From NCBI RefSeq assembly GCF_009914755.1, contig NC_060937.1: a stretch of DNA of 64,000 bases. One strand, written 5' to 3'. Under the pieces are notes generated by a model. That model was given only the letters and a program-made list of their open reading frames with translations, was not told the DNA's origin and did no database searches. A program made the translations under genes and the position numbers. This document shows positions 27,366 to 42,160 of the stretch, in pieces; position 1 is the stretch's first letter, and the number at the start of each line of letters is the position of its first letter. The DNA is from the human T2T-CHM13v2.0 reference genome, Homo sapiens.

Positions 27366-27943
27366 AAGAAAGCAAAACAGCCTTATTGGCGATATGGAGA
27401 AGTTTGAGAGGTCTGGATAGAAACCAGCCACAACATTCTATTAAGCCAAAGCCTAATCTGAGCAAGGCCCTACATCTCTTCAATTCTATTAAAGTTGAGA
27501 AAGACGAGGAAGATGCAGAAGAAAAGTCTGAAATTAGCAAAGGTAGGTTGGTTCATGAAGTTTAGGGAAAAGAAGCTTTCTCTGTAAAAATAAAAAAAAA
27601 ATGCAAGGTGCAAGCAGCAAGTTCAGGTAAAGAAGCAAAAAGTCCTTCAGAAGATAAAGCAAAAATCATTAATGAAGATGGCTACGCTAAACAACAGATT
27701 TTCGACGTAGACAAAACAGCCTTCTCTTGGAAAAAAGATGCCATTTAGGACTTTCATAGCTAGAGAAGAAAGGTCAATGCTTTGCTTCAGCAGACAGGTT
27801 GACTCTCTTTTTATAGACTAAAGCAGAGGGTGACTTTTAAGTTGAAGCCAGTGCTCATTTGCCATTCTCAAAATCCTAAGGTCCTTAAGAATTCTGCTAA
27901 ATCTTCTCTGTCTGTGCTCTGTAAATGAAACAACAAAGCCTAG

Positions 27944-28252
27944 ATGACAGCATGTCTGTTTACAGCATTCCTTACAGAATATTTAAAGCCCACTGTTGAG
28001 ATTACTGCACAGAAAAGAATTTCTTTCAAAACGTTACTGTTCATTGACAATGCACCTGGTCACCCAAGAGCTCTGATAGAGATGTACAAGGAGATTAATG
28101 ATGTTTTCATGCCTGCTAATTCAACATCCATTCTACAGCCCATGAATCCGAGAATAATTTCAATTTTCAAGTCTTATTATTTAAGAAATACATTCCATAA
28201 GGCTGTATTTACCATGGGTAGTGATTCCTCTGATGGATCTGGGCAAAACTGA
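27944..28252 (+). pseudogene. Tigger1 transposase DDE-domain remnant (non-functional)
   Basis: DNAPGH and QPM(N) motifs of pogo/Tigger DDE_1 transposases. Flanking frames are broken by stops. Confidence 0.85.
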
Positions 28253-28620
28253 AAATTTCTGAAAATGATTCATCCTTCTAGATGCCACTAAGAACATTTG
28301 TGGTTCTTAGGAAGAGATTAAATTATTAAAGTTAACAGGAGTTTATAATTAGTTGATTTTAATCCTCATGGGTGATTTTGAGGAGTTGAAGATTTCAGTG
28401 GTGGAAATAACTGTAAATGTGCGAAAATAGCAAGAGAACTAGAATTATATGTGGAATCTGTAGATGTGAAAAAATTGCAGCAATCATACGATAAAGCTTT
28501 ATGAGGAGCTGCTTCTTATGGATGAGCAAAGAAAGTTTATGGAAATGGAATCTATGTCAAGTGACGATACTGTGAACATTGTCAAAATGATGAGAATATA
28601 TTTAAAATATATAAACTTAG

Positions 28621-29092
<472 letters not shown>

Positions 29093-29599
29093 GATTGTCT
29101 TATTTTAAGAAAATGTCTCAGCCACCACAGGCTTCAGAAACCACCACCCCGATTAGTCAGCAGCCATGAACATCGGGGCAAAACCCTCCACCAGCAAAAA
29201 AGATTGTGACTCGCTAATGGGTCAGATGAGAGTTAAGATTTTTTAGTAATAATTTTTTTGAATTAAGGTACATATATATATATAGTTTTAAAAATAATCC
29301 TATTGTGCACTTAATAGACTACAGTGCAATGTAAACAGAACTTTTATATGCAGTGAGAAACCAAAAACAATTCATGTGACTGGCTTTATTGCTATATTCA
29401 CATTATTTCAGCAGTCAGAAATTGAACCCATAATATTTCTGGGGTATGTCTATATATTTCCACTGGAAATATACTGGCATTAAAATTTTACCTACCTAGC
29501 TATCTTTAAAAAATAAAGTCTCAGTTACTGTGTATTTGGGAAAGGAAGCCTTCCTTTATCCAGAAAAATCTAACCCTGGTGCTTCTACACTATGCTTAA

Positions 29600-31035
29600 A
29601 TAAACCCTTTTACATGATGAGGACATTTCATTATTTTTTGCTACCAAAACATACTACATTGATAATCTTCATGTGCTTATGAGCAAAAATGTACATAATT
29701 TTCCCCCAAGAGAAACAGCAAGATTATAGGATCTGACCATTTAACAATTTTAAAAATAGTTAAAACTCCTTCCAAAAATAGGTCCCCAGTTTATACTCTA
29801 ACTCAGTGTATAATAGCATCAATTTTCAGCCTTTTAGCAATATTTAATAAGGTATAAATAGTTTTTAGTTTTGAAAATCTATTGAGTGGACAATTATCTA
29901 TTGTTTTAAATTTTGTTCTCTATATTATGAATAAAATTAAATATTTAAAAATACTTGTAATCAAATTATATTTCTTTCATTAAGAAGTGTTTGTATATCA
30001 TATTCACCCTTTTGGCTTACTTGTATTTTTAATTATTTTGTTACCATTTTTATATATATTAAAAATATTTTCAGTGACTTTTAATTTTATGTAAAAATTG
30101 TATTCTCTGCAAAAAGTGATGTTTTTGTCTTTTTTGCTCTAGTATTTATGCTACTTACTTATTATAGTTTTATCACATGATTATGCTGAATAAATTGATG
30201 AGTATGTCTGTTTGATACAATAATATCAAAATTGCACTCCTTATAGAATATTTAGTTAGCATATTTTTTAGTAAAAAGAAGTCTTTATACCATAATAAGG
30301 AGTGGTTTTTTTAAAAAAAATTGTACAGCTCTTCAAGAGTGTTATGGAAGCATATCTTTTACTAGACCACTATTGTATGAATTAAGCCTATAATTGAATG
30401 GTTTTCAGTTTGTGGAATGTACCACTCTCTTGAATTTTTGCAATATATATCTGTAATTTTTTAATCCATTTTTCCAAATAGAATTTTAGTATATTAGTCT
30501 TCAATATTTTCAAATAATCTTCAGAAATCCCGTAGCTTTCTGAGTCCAAGTATTAGCTTGAGTGTTTCATTAAAACATTTACATTAAACTTTGAACTAAT
30601 GCCACTTTACGATACATTGATTATTTTCACATAAATCAGTTGTCTCATTAGGAATTACAAAATGGTTAATTTCTAATTTTTGTCTGCATTTACTCAGTGG
30701 CTTTCTTCTATGTACAGGAATTTATTATCATTAACAATTTGGTTATCTCAAATACAGTTAAGGTAAGAAAGTCAAGATAAACAATTTTTTTCTTTAATTT
30801 AAAATGTTTCAGGGTAACTAGTTGGTGACCCAAGCAAGCTCTACTATGAGTTGTTTTCAAATCTTCTCTACATACTCTTGGATTTTTATATATTTGAACT
30901 ATTTTAATCAATGGGAATCATTGTTCTTATTTTTTGTTTAAAATATTATATCTTAGAAAGGAGAGCTCCTTCCAGTTGTTTTCTGCAAACTGTTGACAAA
31001 TTCTTTGTGGCTGTATAGTTTTCCTTTCTAGGGGT

Positions 31036-31069
<34 letters not shown>

Positions 31070-31300
31070 CACCCACACAGATGACCCAAGATCAACTTGT
31101 ATATTCCCTGTACCAGACTTAGATTTAACTATTTCTACAGAAAGCTTTCATTTCTTTCTTGGGAATGAAATTTAGAAACGAAAGTTTGGGTGATGGATGA
31201 TGGGGAAGGCTTATTTACAAGTTCACGCTGGTATTTTCAATTTAAATGTAAGCTTGAAACTTTTTAAAAATGTTTTTATTACTACCAGGTGAATTATTTT
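29600..31300 (-). mobile_element. Highly decayed old L1 (L1ME/MC-like) fragments
   Basis: T-rich antisense L1-like text, e.g. cagtttatactc and caagatcaacttgtatattccctg...agatttaactatttct. Confidence 0.45.
31037..31067. repeat. (CA)n microsatellite
   Basis: Pure CA run, about 15 units. Confidence 0.97.
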
Positions 31301-34300
31301 AGTTGACACTTTGTTCAAATTCTTTAAAAAATAATAGGACAATAGCCATAGAGAACAATGAATATCAGGTATATAATCCACTGACTGCTAAAGCCCCAGA
31401 TTTGAGTTTTATTTTTTTAACTCTGAGATATCTAACTATATAAAAGTACTATATGACTATGTTAACTTTAGATATTTATTAGATCTACTATGTTAACTCT
31501 AGATATTCCTTAGATCAACCCCAGCTTTGCTCCTATTCTTAAGAGAATATCAGAAAGCAAATGTTCAAAATAACCTCAGACAGTACATTTTTACAATATC
31601 AGATTTTTAAAATTCTTCAGTATTATGCCCCAAATTATTATCATTTTTAAAGTATATATTTAATGCATTCTTCAAATTTCTTAAGCTACTGAATCCTTTA
31701 TTGAGACAGAATTTTACAAAGCTCAGTGTGCAAACAAATGAAGCAGAACTACTCTTGTTGTGTCGGGGAGGTGGTTTAAGTAAAACTGTGTTTTAGTAAA
31801 AGCACCTGGAGCTTATACCACTAGAACTATGGTACCAATGTTACATTAAATCCAAAAAACAAAGTAAAAACTAAGACTTTGGTTTGAAATAATATTGACT
31901 GGTACCTATCTTACCAATTCTACTTTATAGTTCTGCAAGTCAGGGAAGAAATTATTTGATCTATCATGGGAATGGCTTCCTTTTGCATAAATTGAGAATC
32001 TCAGAAAAGGATTTTGTTGTAAAAATACAGTAAAATCATGGTTTTGAAAGTATGTCGATATGGTAAGTTACATATAAATATATATTATAATTGTTTATAT
32101 ACTAACTTTTATTTCCACCAACTACATATAATATTTTTAATCCTAATTTTCGATTCAGAATACTCCCTTTCAAAAAATCTTGTAGGATTGTCATATACTC
32201 TGTTATATAGAACAGTTGTGAATATTTGGGGCTCACATTTTTTAGGCAAAACCGCAAAGCATTACTGATAAAAGATGTTCACTGTGGTCACTCAATCATT
32301 CTGTGTGAGTTATTGTGTAGTCAGATGCAATACTGCATCTATTGATATTTTAGGGCCTAGGATATTTCATGCATTTATATTAATGTAAATTCATAATGCC
32401 CCTGCAGTGTTATGGAACAGACAGCATATGCATAAGCTATTAAGAAAAATCTGACCCAGTAAATAATTTTATCCTCAAAATTCGATATAGGATGGATTCT
32501 ACATAAGATAATAGAACCATTATATTTTCTTTTAGGATCATTTCACTTACAAGTTGATCTCATGGTAGGGACCTTGAAGAAAGACATTTTAGAGAAGCAC
32601 CAGTGTCAGGTGTGTTTTAATTACATTAATGATATAGAATATATGTCTAAATATTTACTAATAAATAGTACCGAGAGGCCATGTGTATGCCAGTTATTAT
32701 TCAGAGTTTTAAGTCCAATGTCTTGCTTGCTGGCTACCACACGTTTGCTAAACTGACAAAAGCAAAAGTAAGGTTATCCTAATATGAATTGAGGAAGATT
32801 ATTCTGGATATTATATTTTGGAAGGTAGGAAGGAGGAAGGATTACAAGCTGAAAGCTTAACAAACATAAAAGAGTCTAATATTACAGAGTATTTGGCAAG
32901 ACCACATTTAAGTAAAAATAATTGAAATTACTTTATTTACTATTAATAGCAGTCATCTAACACTTGAAAGACACATTATCATTTGAGTTATTCTTCCTGG
33001 AACATTGTAAATTTAAAGAAAGAGGATCTAAAAATTCTGCCCTGACATTTGATGAAATAACAAATGAGTATAAATTAACCATGCTGAGGTTCTGGTATTA
33101 TTTATCTCTGATAACACTTTCTGAGTTTTGTACCTTAACAAAATTCAATCTAATAGTAGGTTATAATTTGTTCCAAAGATTAAAGTTATGTTATTGGTAT
33201 GTACCTATTTCCATTATTCCGGTTACAAATGTTTTAAATGATAGTTAACAGGGCAAAATTAGTGTAGAAATCCATGTAATTAGATAAATAATCTTTTAAT
33301 CTGGAATCAAAAGAGTTCATTTACTTTTAAAACAAATAAAATAAAACTTTATTTTCATACTTAATTTCAAATATTAGTTTTTGTTTAGCATCAATTAGAT
33401 TTGTACAGGAGCTGTCCAACCCTGTACACACTTGAAATAAATTCATTTGAGAAATAAAATATAGTATTTTTTGGTAATAATATAACTGTAGAAAAATAAA
33501 AAGTGAAAAATATTATTAAACTCTGCCATTGACAGAGTTTGATGCTAGGCAAACCATACGAGAATTGTGAATGATCACATGTATAAGAAAAAGTACATGA
33601 ACTGAAAGGAAGACTCCCTGAAAAATAGGAAACTTCCATCTTAGCAGAAAAATAGCTTGCACTTGAAAGGAGGAAAATAAACTAGATTGGTTGCTAAGGG
33701 CAACTCTAAATGCAACTTCTTCAAGCATGACATTGTATTATAAGATTCATGTCTATGCTTCTGCTATTTATCTATCTGCAAGTGATTGAGATGATACTAT
33801 TTTAAGTCAGGTGTTCACACAACTGTCAGTCGTCATGAGTTGGTTAGCAGAGAGCATAAGCACATGGACTTAAACTTCATACCTTGTGTGGTGCCTGAGG
33901 CACAGAAGTGAAAGACAGTGAAGGCTGGGAACAAGAAGAAATGTGAGCCCCTTATCAAGCAGATTGCTGCCCTTGTCAAGTAAGGCTGACATTTGCTAGA
34001 ATATAACAGGATGCCTATCTGTTATGGGCAAAAATGCAATTGCTATCCACTGGAAAATTACCTGAGATTAGTGTGAAATATTTGTTGTTTTGTAGCTCTT
34101 TGTCCAATTACCGGATATAGGTTTGCAAATAAGTTAGGGATATGAAAATAAATCAAGTTAAAGTTATAATTAAAAAACTCATAAAAATCCTCTGTAGTTT
34201 AATACAGATATTATAATGACTAACATATTGTGATGCTTGGCTGGATACTATTTCAATTGATATTTACAATTTATATTAGATAATATTTCATGGCATGTAA

Positions 34301-35309
34301 ACATTTGCAACTCTGATTTTAAATCCAAGCCATTTAAAGTTGTTGATCTTGTGGAAGTTGTGATCTTCTTCTGCGCCAAAACAAAACTATCGATCCACTT
34401 TTTTTTCTAATGAAAACATGCTAATTTAACAAAAGAAAGTGCCATTAAAACTTCGGTATCTGGGATTTTGTGTTTGAACAAATGGTTGTGAGTTTATACC
34501 ATGGAATGATAGACTGTGCATTTCATTCTATCACTAGAATATATTAATAACTTAATTTGAAAGCAAGAACTCCTTTCATTTTTGTATCCCTAGCATCATG
34601 CTAACGTTCCACAAATATAAGCATTCATCAATACCATTGGATGACATATTTTTAGTGCCTCAGCTGCAATAACTATACCAAGGCATGAAAATTCACAAAG
34701 TTACTTGACTCTTAATCCACTACAATCTAACAAAACAATTCCTAATGTTTAATATAAAAAGTCATCAGAACTTTAGAAAAGAAATTATTGAGAAAGTAAA
34801 GCTCAGACATAGTCTGTATGTAGTAACATAAATAAACTTAACATCATGCTATCACTTCGCTTTTCACCTGCAAACAAATAAGTCACCAAGAGATTGCTGA
34901 GCACAGGTGTTTTGTGCTCAACTCATCTGAGACCCTTACACAAAATTAACCGCTAAATTTACTTCTCCGTCAAGCCTCTGAGTGGATCTTTATGAAGCTC
35001 TTGATGAAGTGAACTTTTCTATAACCTGAAATGTAGTTATGTCTAAATACAGCCCCATTGTTTGTGCCAATGAGATACTAAAAGTCTGTGGTCTTACTTG
35101 TGATACCAAAATCGACGTGTCTGACCTCAGAAAGCTGATGCAAGCAGCATATCATATAATAACGTTTTGTGTTTATTAATAAAAGAACAGATTTTACCTA
35201 TTTCCAGTGAAACATGATAAACTGATTTATTTAACAAGCTCAGCAGGCATTTCTAAGCATGGAATAGTCAAGCAAATGCTTATGTCAGAGCCGGGGCTTG
35301 GAAGGCAAT

Positions 35310-35430
35310 TTTGAAAGGTGTGGCTTCTCAGGCTCCACATCCCGAGGTTCTTATTTAATGTGTCTGCTCAGGGCCCAGAAATCTGAGTGCTTGATAACAT
35401 TAAATCCCTAGGTGTCTCTCATGCAGTAAA
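35310..35430. mobile_element. MER5-family fragment (hAT-Charlie)
   Basis: tctcaggctccacatcccgaggttcttattt...gggcccagaaatctg...ccctaggtg. Confidence 0.5.
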
Positions 35431-36853
35431 CCTATACACTGAACTTTTCATTAAAAGTGAAGTTTACTGCAGCATTATATAAAAAAAAAATTAAAAATCA
35501 GACTTTTTATGATCACAGTGATGAGCTGCTTAACCAAAAACATAATGAATGTATAGAATAATTTTATTACCCCAAAACTTTTCCTCCTGCCCTTTTGCAG
35601 ACAGGAGAAAAACTTTTCCCTCTTTCTTCTCCAAATGTCTGACAGTCATTCATTTGTCTTCTGTCAGTACAGTATTATCGTTACTAGAATGGCATGTAAA
35701 AGGAGTCTGATACATACCTACTAAATGTGCTTCTTTTACTTAGCACTATTCTGTAGAGATTCATTGCATGTTGTTACATGAATCATAATTTATTTACTTA
35801 TTTTGGTTGCAGAATAGTATTTTATTTTCTGGTTTTATCATACTTTCCTTTTGTCATTTATTCACATTTTTATTTTACATTGCATTTTACTAATCAGTAC
35901 ATAAATTTCTCTCCCTCTTAAATTTTGTACTTCCTTCAAATTTCAGGATATTTACTTTACACCTATTTTCTCTTCTCTCTCTCAATTAAGCCACTCTATT
36001 GAGATATGATTGACATGTAAACAGCTGTAGATATTTGATTTATAAAACTTGATGTGTTTGTAGATAAGAATACACCCTTGAAACCAGTATCAAAATGCAT
36101 GTCAAAAACTCTTTCCAAAATGTCAGATGAAGGGAATCATGTAGTACATAGCTTTTTCAGATTGATTTCTTTCACTTAGCAATATGCATTTAAGATCCAT
36201 GCATGGATCGATAGCTCGTTCTTTTGCATTTCTTAACAGTATTCTACTGTATGGCTGCATCACATTTTGTTTATCCACTTAAGTGCATAATGATAATTTC
36301 CATTTTTGGTGACCATGAATGCAGCTGCTACAAATATTCACATGCTGGATTTTGTGGAGACATAAGTTTTCCAATTAATTGACTACCTAGGAATGCGGAT
36401 TCAGGATTGACCAAAAAAAAAAGTCATGAGGATAAATAAAGGGATGCAGTATTATTATGTATTTAAAATACTATTATATCTGTGTACTTGTGACTTATTA
36501 CTATGAACATTTGTCACTGAATTTAGCTCAGGACCTCCACTACACTAGTAATAAATGGTCAAGCTATGTCCTAAGGTTGTGGCATTATTTTGTATTCCCA
36601 CCAGCAGTTAATGAGCGTGTCTTTTGTTCTGTACCTTTGCCAGAAATTGCCACTGTCAGATTTCGTTTTGTTTTGTTTTTTTTTTAACCATTAATAAGTG
36701 TGTAGTGGCATCTCATTATAATTTTTACTTTTTCCCACAGTGACTAATGATTTTGATCATCTTTTCATATGCTTATTTCCATCTGTATATCTTCCTTTGT
36801 GAGAGATCATTTAGATCATCGTTAGATCGTTTAGATCTTTTATAACTTGTGTT

Positions 36854-37139
36854 GGCCAGGCACGGTGGTTCGTGCCTGTAATCCTAGCACTTTGGGATCA
36901 CCACAAGGCGGGCGGATCACGAAATCAGAAGTTCCAGACCAGTCTGACCAACATGGTGAAACCCCATCTCTACTAAAAATACAAAAATTAGCCAGGCGTG
37001 GTGGAGCGTGTAATCCCAGCTACTCAAGAGGCTAAGGCAGGAGAATTGCTTGAACCCAGGAGGCGGAGGTTGCAGTGAGCCACTGGGCGACAGAGCGAGA
37101 CTCCGTCTCAAAAACAAAGAAACAAACACACAAAAAAAC
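36854..37139 (+). mobile_element. Alu (AluSc/Sg-like) with small deletions
   Basis: ggccaggcacggtgg...ggatcacga...gactccgtctc. TSD aacttgtgtt. Confidence 0.93.
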
Positions 37140-39077
37140 AACTTGTGTTCACTTTTTAATTGTTGAGTTTTATGTGTTTCTTTGTAGAGTTTGGATGAAA
37201 GCCCTTTCATACATATGTGGTGTTTCAAATATTTTCTCCCAATCTATAGCTTGTCTGTTTTAACAATTTTCTTTTTCAGTGAAAATGTTTTAAATTTTAA
37301 TAAAGTCCAATTAATCAACTAGTACTTGCATGGAGTATGGCTTTAGTGTTTTATCTAGTATTCACCACCAAACCTAAGGTCTTATATATTGTCACTTACG
37401 TTTCTATCTAGAATTTTTATAATTCTTAATTTTACATTCATATCAATGATAAATTTTGATTTAATTTTTGTAAAAGGTATAAGATCTGTTTCTACATAAT
37501 TTTTAAAAAATTGATATCAAAATATTTCAGCATCATTTGTTGGAAAAACCACAAAACCATATTTTCTACATTGCATTGCCTTTGCATTTTTTGAAAGATA
37601 AATTGGCAATATATATGCTGATTAATTCCCTGATTTTTGTCCTTATGTTTATTACAGACTTCCCTTTATCTAATTTGCATCTAATTTGTTTTCTTTCTAA
37701 TTTTCCAAAAAATAAGCTCAGATTATTGATTTAAGATGTGCCGTGTACACATCAATGATGTGTGTGTATCTATATATCCCTATATATATTCATATATATC
37801 CCTATATACATATACACCTACACAGAGAGAGAGAGAGAGCCACTAAAGGCTATAAAATTAAGTACAGCTTTGGTTGCATCCCCCAATTTTTGATACATTC
37901 TATTTTCATTTAATGGAGTAGGAAATGGATTTTGAAATTTCTTCTTTGATCCATGCATAATTTTAAAGGATTGTTTAATTTCAAAATAATTTTTATTTCC
38001 AGATATCTTTCTGTTATTCATTAACAAGCAAATTATTTGTTGCTTAAGCATGTGATCTGTATGACTTCTATTTCTTTAAATTTCTTGAAACTTTTATTTT
38101 TCTGAAATAAAATGTGGTCTTATGTGGTAACTATTCTGTATCAACTTGAAATAAATGTGTATTCTCACTGTGTGCAGTATTCTGCAAATACTAATTAGGC
38201 CAAGTTGATTTATTTCTTACTGATTTTACGTCTACTTGTTTTATCAAATACTGCAAAAGAATGTTGAATTTATCAACTATGATTGTTAATTATTTTAATC
38301 TTTTTACTATTATGAATTTCTACTTTTCTTGAAACTGTCATTAGGTAAGTAAAAATTAATAATTTTTAAAGATTAATATGTTATTTTTATACAGTTAACG
38401 TCTTAGTCTCCAGCAATATTTCTTTGCATAAAGTCTTTTATTCTGATTTTAATTTAGCCACTACAACTTCTTTTAAATAGTGTTTGCATAATACATTTTT
38501 CTTTTCATCCTTTTACATTTAACCTAGATAGTAGATCCCATAGATAGTGTGTTTGTAACAGATGACACTGAGTTTGGTCTTGACTTGTTATTTTGTCCAT
38601 CAGTCTGCGTTTTAATTGCAGTATTTATTTTTATTTAATGTGATTATCAGTGTGGTTGTGCTTAAATCAACCACTCTGATATTTTTCTTGTTGTGAAATC
38701 TGTCCTTTTCACTTTTCTTCTCTTTCTGCTTATTTTTTTAATTAAGTCAGCAGTTTTAGGATTCTATTTTATTCTCACTATTGGTTTAATAGTTTTCAAC
38801 TGCTTTAATTTAAAATATTGCTCTATGACTTACAGTATAACTGTAACTTACCTGGCTGTTTTCCACTAATTTTATGCTATCTAATATGAAGTATGAAAAC
38901 ATTACAACAAAATCCTGCTTTTATCACTCCCATTTTTGTGTTATTGCTGTTGTGCAAGCTAATTCTAAAAATGTTATTATCCACAAAAAACATTGTTTCC
39001 ATATTTGTTTAGGGTATTGGTTTCTTTATTTGTGTAGAGTTTCTATATTTCTTTTAGAGTTAAATATCTTTTAAGAT

Positions 39078-39373
39078 GGACTGGATGTGGTGGCTCACCC
39101 CAGTAATCCCAGCACCTTGGGAGACCGAGGTGGGCGGATCACCTGAGGTCAGGAGTTCGAGATCAGCCTGGGCAAAATGGCGAAACCTCGTCTCTAATAA
39201 AAAATTCAAAAATCAGCCGGACATGGTGGTGCACACATGTAATCCCAGCTACTCAGGAAGCTGGGTAGGAGAACTGCTTGAACCCAGGAGGCAGAGGTTG
39301 CAGTGAGCTGAGATCACACCACTGCACTCCAGCCTGGGAGACAGAGCAAGACTCCATCTCAAACAAACAAACA
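39078..39373 (+). mobile_element. Alu (AluSx-like)
   Basis: Full dimer. TSD tatcttttaagat on both sides. Confidence 0.95.
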
Positions 39374-41970
39374 AGTATCTTTTAAGATGAATAGTCATAC
39401 AATTATTCAGTATTTCCTTATACATTACTGGTTCTACATTCTTTGTTTTACCATGATTTCTCTGTCTGAAAAGCTTTTATTTTTTAACATTTATTGCAAT
39501 GCAATTCTCCTGGCAATGAATTTATTAGTATTTTTTTTGTTGAAAAACTATATATTTCATCTTCACTTTTAAAATATATTATTTTCTGGCTCTAGAATTC
39601 TATGTTGATAGATTTTTATTTTTAGTAATTTAAAGATCTCACTCCATTGTGTTCTGGCCTGTATAGTGTGGGATAAGAATCCTGCTATCATTTTTATTTC
39701 TCTTCCTTTTTGTGTAATGTTTTCCCCACTGAGTTACATCAGGATATTTTGTTTATTAATGACTTTCATTAATTTAATTAGAACACAGCTAAGCATGCAT
39801 GTATGTGAGTATATATATATGAATTTGGAATTTGTTTCATTTTCTGATTGTGTACCTGTGTATATATTGTATATCTACCCCATTTTCAATGTGCTTTTTA
39901 CAATTTTCATTTGTCTGTGATAATTCCCATCTGCTCATGAATTAATGTTATCTACCTTTCCAGTTTGGCTGTAACATATTAACTATAGTTACTTTAATCC
40001 CCTTCTCATAGTATTTAATACCGAAATATGTATTATCACTGTTTCTGGTTGTATTGACTGCTTTTTCTGTGGAAAACAGGTAGTATATGCACGTATGACC
40101 AGGTGCTGGACACTGGTTGATAAAATTACACCAAAAACTGAGGTAAACAATATTTATGCCAAGAAAATGTAGAGTTTCGTTCTGTTGATATGGTGAGCTG
40201 AGTCTTTCTATTCTGTAGTTGAGCTATGTTTCAGTTTATTATTGCTTGAGTTACCTTAAGTGCACCACAGACCTCAAATTTCTCCAGTGATAGACTACTG
40301 CTGCTTTAAAACAGAGTGAGATTTGAAGTACAAGACCACTTTTTCTCAGTGCTATGCTCTAATTTCAGCAAGACTGAATGCCTGCATCAAAGATGGTGGT
40401 CTTTCTAAGCAGACTTGCTTTTCTTCTGCCTATGTGTGAACTGCTGGAGCTTGTCACTTACAGGAGAGCATTGCCATGTGATCTTCAGGGGTGTTTTTCT
40501 CAGCATCCTTACACATCCACTGTGGAAGCTGAATTCTGTCTTGTATCACCAGAAACCTATGTTCAATTCTGTTTCCTGCCTCCTTTCTGGTGGCCACAGG
40601 TCACTGCCCCTGGCCTAGGAGCAAATGGTGTTGCATAGCATCATTGATGATAGAAAGCTGTGCATAGGTTTTCTTCCCTTCACTTAGTTGACCCTAGCTT
40701 TTGCCTGGGACTTCTGCTGTGGCTATTCCTTGCCCATCACCCAGATGCAGATAACTTTTATTTTTACCCCTAGCACACTGGCTAAATTTGCCAGGAACAG
40801 ATGGTGGGTGGTGGTGATTGACAGTGAAAGAATTTCTGCTCTTACCTTGGTGGCAGATGTTTTTTTCTCTGTATGGCAGAAGACCTCAGTAGTTGGCACC
40901 TATGCTGAAGCAGAAACTAACCATCATTTATGCACTTGCCCCATTGAGAGTTCTCTCAGGTCCCCTAACATGAGCCCAAACTTTTTCATGAGCATCTGGT
41001 GGAAGCCCAGGGAAGAGCTGACAAGAGGTTGAAGGCACTCTTGGTCTTTGTGGCTACCTAGAATTCTAAACCACCACACAAGTCCCTGACCATCAGGCTT
41101 TTGTTATTTATTTACTTATTCTAATTTTCTTCTTACCCACCCTATGGCTACCACCTTTTCCTCCTATACTCTTCCAAAAGCAAAACCTATTTCTGTGTCC
41201 TTTCTTTCCTATGAGGAACTTGTCATCATCTGGAATATAACTTTATAGATTATCTGTGTTTCAAATAAAAGGAAAGTGGGGGAATAAAATTTGAGAATAA
41301 AATTGGAAATCACAGATATTTTCCTCTAATAAAAGAATAGCAATATGAATCATATATATATATATATCCACATCTTAAATTGTGAGTAGTTCCAAAGTAT
41401 ATACAAAGAAGTTTTTAATCAGAAAGAACCTACTAGTAGCTTCCCCCTCTTTTTCCCCTGTCTTGATCATGGAATAAAATTTACCATCTCTTTATTCTCC
41501 ATAGGGAATTCTAAATCATTAACACAAACACATTTGTTTTAAGAAGGAAGCAACACTGAAATGATTATGGAGATTTAAAGAAAACTTTCCTGAAGCTAAA
41601 AAGTGAAGAAGCCTATCATTTATGAATAAAGTACCCAGTAGGCCTCCATGCTGATCAAAGATGAAATATCTCATGCACTGAGTGAACAGAATGTTTAACT
41701 GTGGGAGGTCAGCATTATTGTGCACACATCCCCAGAGGTGATAAAAGTGTTTAGTAAATGAAAAAAAAATGTGTATCCATTTTTTTTTACTCTCAAAAGG
41801 TTGATAAAACAAAAACTTAGTTGAGCTATAAGTAATGAAATAAAACTGAACCTAGAAAAATGTAAGCTCCATATAAAGCGGCAAAAATAGCAGACAGATT
41901 TATTAAAGTATACTAAAGTAACCCTTTTAAGGAAGGGTTAAAGGCCTTCTGAATCATTTAAAAAGGTCCC

Positions 41971-41974
<4 letters not shown>

Positions 41975-42017
<43 letters not shown>
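41975..42017. repeat. (AC)n microsatellite
   Basis: Pure run, about 21 units. Confidence 0.97.
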
Positions 42018-42018
<1 letters not shown>

Positions 42019-42160
42019 CATAAACAGACATGTTAAGAGGAGTAGCACTCACTACTGAACAGGCTAAATGTTTACTTATCTTTAATATGTTTGAAAGCAG
42101 GGATAATAAATAAATTTCATAGCAAGTATATTTGGAAAATAACTTATTAGGATTAAAGAA

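Larger units (their letters stand above)
35470..41250 (-). mobile_element. Long composite of old L1M (L1MC/MD/ME-like) sequence, with two Alus inserted
   Basis: Antisense L1 motifs throughout: cttttacttagca, ctttcacttagcaatatgcatttaagatcc, ttttgtattcccaccagcag, cagctttggttgcatcccc, ctccattgtgttctggc. Confidence 0.7.

Noticed and set aside
32964-33248. ORF containing LTFDEITNEYKLTM, faintly like the PCI-domain segment of PSMD13 (LTFEEIAKSAKITV)
   Set aside because: The similarity is limited to a few residues, nucleotide similarity is not evident, and there is no polyA or TSD. A tblastn/blastx hit extending beyond this motif would be needed.
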